Source of the DNA: Pseudonocardiaceae bacterium
Lineage (GTDB): Bacteria; Actinomycetota; Actinomycetes; Mycobacteriales; Pseudonocardiaceae
Assembly (NCBI GenBank): GCA_036266995.1
Contig: DATAWX010000169.1
Span: 11,007-75,006 of the forward strand
Reading direction: 5' to 3'
DNA length: 64,000 nucleotides
A program made the position numbers and the translations under genes. The number at the start of each line of letters is the position of its first letter. Position 1 is the first letter of the stretch. The notes beneath the pieces were generated by a model that was not told where the DNA came from, searched no databases, and saw nothing but the letters and a program-made list of their open reading frames with translations. Shown here one piece after another: positions 18,089-25,814 of the stretch.

Positions 18089-18285
18089 ACAGCTTCGCGA
18101 AGACCACTCTTCTGGATGATAACGCCGGTGTAGCGGGTCAGGCCATGCCGTGGCCCCGCCACAGCGGTGCGTTCTGCCCGGTCATCTCCGCAGGTCTGTA
18201 CTGCCGCTCAGTCGTCGGCCCCTCCCCAGTGCGCGTCATCGCGTCTAAAGTCGATGATAAGTCCTGGTAATACGGGGAGGGTCAC

Positions 18286-19107
18286 ATGACAACAGATGTC
18301 GCGAGTAGAGCTTCGCTGGAATCGTTATTGATGAGTCGGCCGTTGAGTGACCCGGAACTCATGCGGGCAAGTGATATGGCGCCCGATTACGCCATATTGC
18401 CTGACGTGAGCGTGATTAAAATCGGTGGTCAAAGCCTGATTGACCGTGGTAGGGCTGCGGTGTATCCCCTGGTGGATGAGCTGGTGGCGGTCAAGCGGAG
18501 CCATCAGATCCTCATCGGTACCGGTGCCGGAACCCGGGCTCGGCACCTCTATTCACTCGCGGCCGAGCTCGGTCTGCCGACCGGTGTGCTGACCGATGTC
18601 GGCTCCGCGGTCGCCGATCAGAACGCGCAGATGATGGGATATCTGATGGCCCGCCACGGTGTTCCGGTGGTGGGCGGGTCGGCGTTCGGCGCGCTGCCGC
18701 TGTACCTGGCCGAGTGCGGTGCGGCGATTTTTTCGGGAATGCCGCCCTACGACATGTGGCAGCGCGTGCCCAATGAGGGAGTGATACCGCCCTACCGCAC
18801 CGATGCCGGATGCTATCTCGTGGCAGAGGTCTACGGCTGCGCCAACATGATTTATGTCAAGGACGAGGACGGGCTGTATACGGCCAATCCGAAGACCGAC
18901 CGGAGCGCCACGCTCATTCCGGAGATCACCGTCGAGGAGTTGATCGCCGCGGATCTGCCCGATCTGGTTATCGAGCGCCCGGTGTTGGAGTTGATGCGCC
19001 GCGCCCGGCACGTGCGGTCGGTTCAGATCATCAACGGGCTGCGCCCTGGTTTGCTCAGGCGCGCGCTGGCCGGCGAGCACGTCGGCACGATCATCTCGGC
19101 AGCCTGA
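18286..19107 (+). CDS. mosB: Molybdenum storage protein (MoSto) beta subunit, amino-acid-kinase/UMP-kinase fold
   Basis: From memory of Azotobacter vinelandii MosB, long collinear identities: 'VIKIGGQSLIDRGRAAVYPLVDE', 'LIGTGAGTRARHLYS', 'FSGMPPY', 'GVIPPYRTDAGC', 'VKDEDGLYTANPKT', 'RALAGEHVGTII'. Good SD 'ggggaggg' before the ATG. Confidence 0.85.
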   Translation: MTTDVASRASLESLLMSRPLSDPELMRASDMAPDYAILPDVSVIKIGGQSLIDRGRAAVYPLVDELVAVKRSHQILIGTGAGTRARHLYSLAAELGLPTGVLTDVGSAVADQNAQMMGYLMARHGVPVVGGSAFGALPLYLAECGAAIFSGMPPYDMWQRVPNEGVIPPYRTDAGCYLVAEVYGCANMIYVKDEDGLYTANPKTDRSATLIPEITVEELIAADLPDLVIERPVLELMRRARHVRSVQIINGLRPGLLRRALAGEHVGTIISAA

Positions 19108-19164
19108 GAGCTGCCGCCCCGCCGGCTGAGCCGGCAACCGAACCGCCGTCGCCCGCCAGCCATT

Positions 19165-20022
19165 TTGGAGAACGTTATGACGAACACTCTGTCGCAGTCC
19201 GAGGGTTCCTTCGCGGCGAAGGACGTGCCTTCGCCGTTGATGCGCCAGACCTTGCTCGACCGCGAACTCGTGCGGCCCCTGGACCGACCGGTGATCCCGC
19301 TGCTGCCGTGGCTGAACGTGGTCGTTCTCGGTGGCCGGTCGATCATGGACAAGGGCCGCGACGCGGTAGTGCCGGTCGTCGAGGAGTTGCGCGCCGCACT
19401 GCCGGAGCATCGGATGCTGATCCTCACCGGTCCCGGCATCCGGGGCCGTCACGTGCTGGGCGTCGGGCTCGATCTCGGCCTGCCCACCGGGGTGCTCGCC
19501 GCGTTGACCTCCGCGGAGGCGGAGCAGAACGGGCATCTCATCGCGGCGTTGCTCGCCGAGCAGGGCGTGTCCTACCTGTCGCACGCGACGATCGCGCACC
19601 AGCTGGCCGTGCACCTGGCCGCCAGCCGGGCCGCGGTATCCAACGGATACCCACCCTACGGGATCTACGAGTTCCCTCCCGACGTGGGCAAAATCCCCCC
19701 GCACCGCACCGACACCGGGGCCTTCCTACTTGCTGATGCCTACGGCGCCGCCCGCCTCATCTACGTCAAAGACGTCGACGGTGTGTTCACCAGCGACCCG
19801 GCGTCAACCAACGGCAGCCCAGCCGAGCTCATCCCTCGGATCGGGGCCGCTGCGCTACTGGCCCGCAAGCTCGACACCCTGCCCGTCGACGCGCTGGTGC
19901 TCCAGCTCATGGCGTACGCGAAGCACCAGAAAGAGATCCAGATCATCAACGGGCTCAAATCCGGCAACATCAGCAAGGCCCTGCAAGGAGAACACGTAGG
20001 CACCATCGTCCACGCGGACTGA
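19165..20022 (+). CDS. mosA: Molybdenum storage protein (MoSto) alpha subunit
   Basis: From memory of A. vinelandii MosA: 'RQTL.DR.L.RP', 'LLPWL.VV.LGGR', 'VEELR..LPEHRMLILTG.GIR.RHV.GVGLDLGLPTG', 'AEQNGH', 'IPPHRTDTGAFLLADAYGA', 'LQGEHVGT'. Confidence 0.85.
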   Translation: MENVMTNTLSQSEGSFAAKDVPSPLMRQTLLDRELVRPLDRPVIPLLPWLNVVVLGGRSIMDKGRDAVVPVVEELRAALPEHRMLILTGPGIRGRHVLGVGLDLGLPTGVLAALTSAEAEQNGHLIAALLAEQGVSYLSHATIAHQLAVHLAASRAAVSNGYPPYGIYEFPPDVGKIPPHRTDTGAFLLADAYGAARLIYVKDVDGVFTSDPASTNGSPAELIPRIGAAALLARKLDTLPVDALVLQLMAYAKHQKEIQIINGLKSGNISKALQGEHVGTIVHAD

Positions 20023-20051
20023 CGCAGCGAACCCTCCTGTTCCCGAACTGA

Positions 20052-20606
20052 TCAGAGTGGCGGCTTCTCGAGGAACACCCGATTGACGTTGCTGACATAG
20101 CGCCCGCCGCTGATGTCGCCGGGCACGACCAGTCGCGGCCCGTCGGTGGCCAGCGAGTGACCGTCCTCGCTGGTCGCCAGCAACACTTCCTTGTTCTCGA
20201 AGCCCGGATCGATCTCGCCGTAGGCCACCAGCGCCCGGTAGCCATCGGTCGCGCTGACGCTGACATAGTGACGCAACTTGTCATTCTTGATCGTCGGGTC
20301 GAACTGCGGGCCCGCCTGGGTGAGTACGTCGACCAGAAGCGGGCCGACATAGGTGTGAGTCTGGGAGCCGTTACCGGCCTTGAACGTCACAGTCTCGGTA
20401 TGCGCCGGCAGAGCCGCCAAGGCGTGCACGTCAAGGAGCGCTGGGTGCGCGACGTCGCCGATCACCAGGAACTTGCCGGTCAGCACCCCGGTGAGTGGTG
20501 GCAGGTTGGGCGCGGAGGTGCTAGCGACGGCGCCGGCACTGGCGAACGCCGTCAGGGCGAGCACAGCGAGAGCAGCACACAACCGCAGTACGGGTAACCG
20601 AATCAC
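20052..20606 (-). CDS. Small secreted protein resembling the molybdopterin-binding oxidoreductase (Oxidored_molyb / YedY-like) domain
   Basis: Chosen start is GTG 20606, with SD 'aaagga' 7 nt upstream and signal peptide 'VIRLPVLRLCAALAVLALTAFASAGAVAS'. Body: 'LDVHALAALPAHTETVTF...GPLLVDVLTQAG...SATDGYRALVAYGEIDP...GPRLVVPGDISGGRYVSNVNRV'. The longer track ORF (to 20756) has an implausible N-terminus. Confidence 0.5.
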   Translation of the reverse strand: MIRLPVLRLCAALAVLALTAFASAGAVASTSAPNLPPLTGVLTGKFLVIGDVAHPALLDVHALAALPAHTETVTFKAGNGSQTHTYVGPLLVDVLTQAGPQFDPTIKNDKLRHYVSVSATDGYRALVAYGEIDPGFENKEVLLATSEDGHSLATDGPRLVVPGDISGGRYVSNVNRVFLEKPPL

Positions 20607-20881
20607 GATGGGATCCTTTCGATTGAGAACCAGGGTGCATGGGCTGGGGCTCCGCGGCGCCGCCCTACCTGGGTGGCGAGGGCGTCCAGGCGGACGACCG
20701 TGGTCGGCAACAGCGCGCGAGTGGTGCGCTGTTATAAGGAAATTCTTAGTTCGCATTGGTACCCTTGGCGACGCAGGGATGCCCGGACTGCTGTCCGGGC
20801 AGGCACAGTCAGTGACTGGCGAACCAGTGGCATGCCAACCACGTCGTCACTGATGTCTTGCACACAGGGAGTGAGTGGGTC

Positions 20882-20911
20882 GGTGACCGGGAGCGGACAC
20901 TCCCGGTCACC
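20882..20911 (-). terminator. Perfect 12-bp stem / 6-nt loop hairpin 10 nt downstream of sORF3
   Basis: 'ggtgaccgggag cggaca ctcccggtcacc'. No U-tract follows on the minus strand, so it may be an attenuator or processing structure rather than a classical intrinsic terminator. Confidence 0.3.
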
Positions 20912-20921
20912 ATTAAGGCGG

Positions 20922-21089
20922 TCACGACACTTTCTGCGCAGGTCCGGCGAAGAACGTCGCAGAAGTCCGTGGATGAGGGGCACTACGCCGATGCATCCCG
21001 CAAACAGAGATCTCACCGGGGAGACCCTGCGGCCCGAAGGTGAACAGCAGATGTTCGGCAGTCGACCAAGGGACTACGACAAGCCCCAC
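20922..21089 (-). CDS. sORF3: third copy of the conserved module (VGLVVVPWSTAEHLLFTFGPQ...)
   Basis: GTG 21089-21087, TGA 20924-20922, 55 codons. The 68 nt 'gctatccctaGTGgggcttgtcgtagtc...ctgttcaccttcggg' align without indels to both arms of the 13.2-13.6 kb repeat (about 48/68 versus sORF1). It lies ~315 nt upstream of the secreted Mo-oxidoreductase-like gene on the same strand. Confidence 0.25.
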   Translation of the reverse strand: MGLVVVPWSTAEHLLFTFGPQGLPGEISVCGMHRRSAPHPRTSATFFAGPAQKVS

Positions 21090-21578
21090 TAGGGATAGCT
21101 AAACGGCCGAGCGTTCAGCACAACGCCGATCAGCGCTGCTGTCGAGCTCCGTGTACCGAGGGCTACCCCGTCACCCGCTCATGGAGGCCTGGCATTTGCT
21201 GAGCCAGGCCACTGATTCGTGCGATTGTGCGAAGTCAACTACGCTGCGGCTCCGTATCGGCGGATGAATAGCCATCAGGCGACTTGACGCGAGAGTCTCT
21301 TGCGGTTGGCTCACTTGCCGGGCGGTAGCGCTCCCGGTTCCACAACGCTCACGCGAATGTGCCCCGCCGATCACCTATCGTGGTTCTCCTTGGGTGCATC
21401 CTGTACGTGTATAGCCACAGTAAGTGATTCACCGGAATGCCACCTCTAGGCCAGCGCCAAAACGTCGTGTACCGATGCAAGAACTGATGGAATCTAATAG
21501 GGTCGGGGCGCATCGTTTCGGGCGTTATGAGCGCTCTGGGAGGCTTGCCGGCCGACCGGAGCCCAAGGAGGTTGGGAG

Positions 21579-21815
21579 ATGCCGCCGGTGACGAACGGTA
21601 TACCGGCCACGCTACCGCGGGGAGTCAGGTGGACTAAGAGTAGTCACAGTAATCCCAATGGAAACTGTGTGGAGTTGGCGGAACTGGCAGGCGGCACCAT
21701 CGCCGTCCGCAACTCCCGGTGGCCGGGCGGTCCCGCCCTGTTGTACGCCCGAGCGGAGATGGCCGCGTTCGTACGGGCCGTGAAGGACGGTGAGTTCGAC
21801 GAGGTGGCGGGATGA
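21579..21815 (+). CDS. DUF397 domain protein
   Basis: Canonical 'WTKSSHSNPNGNCVELAEL.GG.IAVRNS' motif. SD 'aaggagg' upstream. Confidence 0.85.
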   Translation: MPPVTNGIPATLPRGVRWTKSSHSNPNGNCVELAELAGGTIAVRNSRWPGGPALLYARAEMAAFVRAVKDGEFDEVAG

Positions 21816-22816
21816 CCGCCTTGGTTGGAGGTGTACGACGGCGGGCCGGGGTTTCGGGTGGGACAGCTGCGGTCTATGGTGAGACGATGCGTAGTGCTTC
21901 ACCCGTAGGAGGAACGGTGAGGACGGCTCTGTCGGGTAACGATCCGATCGGTAGTCACGCTCAGGTACGATCGCATGGGCCGACCGCGCTGCGTATCGTG
22001 TTGGGCAACCAGCTACGTCAGCTCCGTGAAGCAAGCGGGATTACCACCGGAGCGGCTGGCCACGCGATCCGGGCGTCTCATGCCAAGATCAGCCGCATGG
22101 AGCTCGGACGGGTCAGCTTCAAGGAGCGTGACGTGGCAGATCTGCTCACCCTGTACGGCGTCACCGATGAAAATGACCGGGGAGCGTTCCTCGCGTTGGC
22201 ACGGAGAGCCAACGTGCCCGGCTGGTGGCACCACTACGCCGACCTCCTGCCGAGCTGGTTCGAGATGTACCTCGGTTTGGAGCAGGCCAGCTCTGTCATC
22301 CGCACTTATGAACCCCAGCTCGTACCCGGCCTGTTGCAGAGCCCAGAGGGTGCTCGCGCAGTAATTCAGATGGGCCACCCCCATGCATCCGCCGAAGATA
22401 TCGAGCGGCGGCTCGCGCTGCGAATGAAACGTCAGAAAGTGCTCCTCCAACCCGGCGCGCCCAGCCTGTGGGCGGTGGTCGACGAGGCGGCGCTATGGCG
22501 TCTCGATGGGCGTTCGGTGATGCAGGAACAGATGCAGCACCTGATCGACATGGCTGAGCTCCCCAATATCACCCTGCAAGTGATGCCGTTTTATTCCGGT
22601 GCACACGCGGCAGTAGGTGGACCGTTCACGATGCTCCGGTTCGCCGAGCCCGACTTACCGGATCTTGTTTACCTTGAACAGCTCACCAGCGCCTTGTACC
22701 TGGACAAGAGTGAGGATGTTCAGCATTACCTGGTGGTGATGGACCGGTTATGTGTTCAAGCCAAATCTCCCACCGAGACAGTCCGGTTCTTGACCAGTAC
22801 CCTCAAAGAGGCGTGA
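21812..22816 (+). CDS. XRE-family HTH regulator with C-terminal DUF5753-like domain (Scr1/BldB-neighbour type)
   Basis: 'LGNQLRQLREASGITTGAAGHAIRASHAKISRMELGRVSFKERDVADLLTLYGV' then 'WWHHYADLLPSWFEMYLGLEQAS..IRTYEPQLVPGLLQ'. The real start is probably 60-150 nt downstream of 21812. Confidence 0.8.
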   Translation: MTALVGGVRRRAGVSGGTAAVYGETMRSASPVGGTVRTALSGNDPIGSHAQVRSHGPTALRIVLGNQLRQLREASGITTGAAGHAIRASHAKISRMELGRVSFKERDVADLLTLYGVTDENDRGAFLALARRANVPGWWHHYADLLPSWFEMYLGLEQASSVIRTYEPQLVPGLLQSPEGARAVIQMGHPHASAEDIERRLALRMKRQKVLLQPGAPSLWAVVDEAALWRLDGRSVMQEQMQHLIDMAELPNITLQVMPFYSGAHAAVGGPFTMLRFAEPDLPDLVYLEQLTSALYLDKSEDVQHYLVVMDRLCVQAKSPTETVRFLTSTLKEA

Positions 22817-22827
22817 GGCGGGGTCGG

Positions 22828-23649
22828 TCAAGGTTTTCGGGCGACCCCACAGTATTGGGTTACTTCGGCGGGGGTTCCGACTTCGCTTGGGCCAGGGCGC
22901 CACAGCGAACACGAAACCACCCCCGGAGGCAGTAGCTCCAGCCCGTCGAAGAAGCGGGTGAGCTCCTGACGGCTGCGGGTTCTGATCGGGGGGGCGCCGC
23001 TTGAGTTGTACTGCCGAACAGACGTTTCTATCGCCTCTGTGTGGATTTCTGCGGTGGGATGAGACATCGCCAGGTAACTTCCTGAAGGCAACGCATCCAG
23101 GAGCCGCTTGGCGATTGCGTGGGCCTCGGCGTTATCTAGGATGTAGTTGATCAACCCCAGCAGCATGAGCGCAACGGGCTGGGTGAAGTCCAGCGTCCGG
23201 GCAGCTTCTTCCAGGATTCTCTCCGGGTCGCGCACATCGGCATGGAGATAATCGGTGCTGCCCTCCGGTGTGCTGGTGAGCAGCGCACGCGCGTGAACCA
23301 GCACCATCGGGTCGTTGTCGACGTAGACGATGCGGCAATCCGGCGACGTCGCTTGGGCCACCTGGTGGGTGTTGTTCACAGTGGGCAGTCCGGTGCCGAT
23401 GTCCAGCAGCTGGCGGATCCCTGCGTCTCCGACGAGGTACCGGACGGCCCGGACCAGGAACCCTCGGTCGGCGCGAGCCGAGTCACGCAGATCGGGAAAG
23501 GTCGTCAGAACCTGCTCGCCGACCTCGCGGTCGATCGGGTAGTTGTCCTTGCCACCCAGCATGTAGTCCCAGAACCGAGCTGGTTGCGGCACCGTGGTGT
23601 CGATATTCGCAAGCGGCTCCCGTGCGGCCGCGGACGAGCGGTCCTCCAC
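22828..23649 (-). CDS. SAM-dependent methyltransferase, DUF574 family
   Basis: 'PQPARFWDYMLGGKDNYPIDREVGEQVLTTFPD...ARADRGFLVRAVRYL...GIRQLLDIGTGLPT' is typical of the actinobacterial DUF574 family. Confidence 0.85.
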   Translation of the reverse strand: MEDRSSAAAREPLANIDTTVPQPARFWDYMLGGKDNYPIDREVGEQVLTTFPDLRDSARADRGFLVRAVRYLVGDAGIRQLLDIGTGLPTVNNTHQVAQATSPDCRIVYVDNDPMVLVHARALLTSTPEGSTDYLHADVRDPERILEEAARTLDFTQPVALMLLGLINYILDNAEAHAIAKRLLDALPSGSYLAMSHPTAEIHTEAIETSVRQYNSSGAPPIRTRSRQELTRFFDGLELLPPGVVSCSLWRPGPSEVGTPAEVTQYCGVARKP

Positions 23650-24240
23650 GAGTCATCTCCCTCCGCTGCGTGCTGCTCTGGACGTGACTGTTCTGGACGT
23701 CGCTCTGCAACTGTAGCCTCCGCCCAGAGCTTTCTGATCGAACGCGGCCTGATAGCAAAGGCCTTCACTACCGTCGACGCACGCTGCTCACACGACCGAA
23801 CCCCGCCATCAACCAGCGACGCAAGCAGGTCGCTCGCTTCCGGCGGGGTATCGGTAGCGAGCGCGGACACGCCACGACCGTGCCCTCCGGGCGCACCTTC
23901 TTCGAGCCGGTCATCATCGCGCAAAACAGCATCGTGGACGGGTCGGAGATTGTGTACGTCCATCGCAACGTCGCGTGCCGAGATCAAGGATGATGACGCC
24001 AACCCGACGATCCTGCCGTCTGCGTCCACGGTATATCCGAGCGTCACGAAGGGCCGTTTACCTTCGAGCGCGGCCAGCGCCACCTTCTCCGCGCGCAAGC
24101 TCAAGCAGCTGCGACGGAACAATCGAGACCCTCACCTGAAGTGGCATCGCTTCCTGCTTCCTACCGACGAATTGGAGCACGCCTCGCCGGCGTCGAGCGG
24201 TAGAGCGATGCCACGGCATCTCGTAGGCGCATGGATGAAT

Positions 24241-24296
24241 CTAGCGAGTTTGCGACATCACCGTCGCCTCCTGGGCTGGTGTCGCAAACTCGCTAG
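24241..24296. promoter_or_regulatory. Perfect 17-bp inverted repeat ending 8 nt before the ada-alkA start codon
   Basis: 'ctagcgagtttgcgaca' (24241-24257) and 'tgtcgcaaactcgctag' (24280-24296), 22-nt spacer. Could be an operator or a terminator for whatever lies upstream. Confidence 0.35.
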
Positions 24297-24304
24297 CTCT
24301 GCCT

Positions 24305-25798
24305 GTGGCCACGCGCGATGCTGTGGAGGTGCATGAGGACACGGAGCGATGTGTGCGGGCGGTGCAGTCTAAGGACGCACGGTTCGACGGCTGGTTTCTC
24401 ACCGCGGTGGTCACCACCGGTATCTATTGCCGGCCGAGCTGCCCGGTGGTACCGCCCAAGGCGGTCAACATGCGTTTCTACCCGAGCGCTGCCGCAGCGC
24501 AGCTGGCCGGGTTCCGCGCCTGCAAGCGGTGCCGACCCGACGCCAGCCCCGGATCTCCGCAATGGAACGAGCGAGCCGACCTGGTGGCCAGGGCGATGCG
24601 GTTGATCGCCGATGGGGTGGTCGATCGCGAGGGTGTCCCCGGCCTGGCTGCGCGGCTGGGTTACAGCGTCCGGCAGGTTCAGCGGCAGGTGCTCGCTGAG
24701 TTGGGGGCCGGCCCGCTGGCGTTGGCGCGAGCGCAGCGTGCCCAGACCGCGCGGCTGCTGATCGAGACGAGTTCCCTGCCGATGAGCGACGTCGCGTTCG
24801 CCGCGGGTTTCGGCAGTGTCCGGGCGTTTAACGACACTGTGCGCGAGATCTTCGCCTTGGCTCCGACCGATCTGCGGGCGCGTGCCGCGCGCCGGCACCC
24901 GCCGGACACCTCGGGATCGTTGGTGCTGCGGCTGCCGTTCCGCGCGCCGCTGTGCCCCGACAACCTGTTCGGGCACCTCGCGGCGACGGCTGTTCCGGGG
25001 GTGGAAGAGTGGCGTGACGGCGCCTACCGTCGCACCTTGCGCCTGCCGCACGGCCATGGTGTCGCAACCCTGCGACCGCTGCCGGATCACATCGACTGCC
25101 AGTTGACCTTGACCGACCTTCGGGACCTGACCACGGCGATCACCCGGTGCCGGTGGCTGCTCGACCTCGATGCCGACCCGGTGGCCGTCGACGACCAGTT
25201 GCGCACCGACCCGATACTCGCCCCGCTGGTCAACAAGAATCCTGGCCGCCGGGTGCCTCGCACCGTCGACGCGGCGGAGTTCGCGGTACGTGCGGTGCTC
25301 GGGCAGCAGGTCTCCACCAAGGCGGCCTGCACCCACGCCGCCCGGTTGGTGGCCGCGTATGGCGAGCCGGTGGACGACCCGGCCGGCGGCCTGACCCACC
25401 TGTTCCCGGACACGGCGGCGCTGGCTTCGCTCGATCCGGCCGCGCTCGCCCTGCCACAGACGCGCCGTCGCACGCTCATCGCCCTGGTCGGTGCGCTGAC
25501 CAGCGGCGACGTCGACCTCAGTACTGGCAGTGACTGGCAACAGGCCCGCGCGCGACTCGGCGCTCTGCCAGGTTTCGGACCCTGGACCATCGAGTCGATC
25601 GCGATGCGCGCGCTCGGCGATCCGGACGCTTTCGTGCCGACGGACCTGGGAATCCGGCGCGCCGCCGAGCACGTGGGCCTTCCCTCGACCGCCGCTGGAC
25701 TGACAGCTCATGCCAGTGCCTGGCGCCCGTGGCGGGCTTACGCCGTGCAGTACCTGTGGGCGACCGGCGATCACGCCATCAACCGGCTACCGGCCTAA
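24305..25798 (+). CDS. Fused Ada N-terminal (Zn methyl-phosphotriester repair plus AraC HTH) and AlkA (DNA-3-methyladenine glycosylase II)
   Basis: 'DARFDGWFLTAVVTTGIYCRPSCP...FRACKRCRPD' (Ada Zn site). AraC HTH 'LAARLGYSVRQVQRQ...SSLPMSDVAFAAGFGSVRAFN'. HhH-GPD region 'VLGQQVSTKAA...LPGFGPWTIESIAMRALGDPDAF'. Confidence 0.9.
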   Translation: MATRDAVEVHEDTERCVRAVQSKDARFDGWFLTAVVTTGIYCRPSCPVVPPKAVNMRFYPSAAAAQLAGFRACKRCRPDASPGSPQWNERADLVARAMRLIADGVVDREGVPGLAARLGYSVRQVQRQVLAELGAGPLALARAQRAQTARLLIETSSLPMSDVAFAAGFGSVRAFNDTVREIFALAPTDLRARAARRHPPDTSGSLVLRLPFRAPLCPDNLFGHLAATAVPGVEEWRDGAYRRTLRLPHGHGVATLRPLPDHIDCQLTLTDLRDLTTAITRCRWLLDLDADPVAVDDQLRTDPILAPLVNKNPGRRVPRTVDAAEFAVRAVLGQQVSTKAACTHAARLVAAYGEPVDDPAGGLTHLFPDTAALASLDPAALALPQTRRRTLIALVGALTSGDVDLSTGSDWQQARARLGALPGFGPWTIESIAMRALGDPDAFVPTDLGIRRAAEHVGLPSTAAGLTAHASAWRPWRAYAVQYLWATGDHAINRLPA

Positions 25799-25814
25799 CT
25801 GAAAGGATCATTTC

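Noticed and set aside
20607-20921. Possible Moco riboswitch in the 315-nt leader of the Mo-oxidoreductase-like gene, and likewise in 17825-18285.
   Set aside because: I could not match the conserved Moco-motif segments by eye. This needs an Infernal/Rfam scan, so no ncRNA is called.
23650-24240. ORFs 23505-24122 (minus), 23768-23968 (minus) and 23242-24336 (plus) between the DUF574 methyltransferase and ada.
   Set aside because: Pieces such as 'KRPFVTLGYTVDADGRIVGL' look protein-like, but coding signal jumps between frames, one ORF overlaps the methyltransferase start by ~145 nt, and I could not assign a family. This is probably another degraded gene and was left unannotated.
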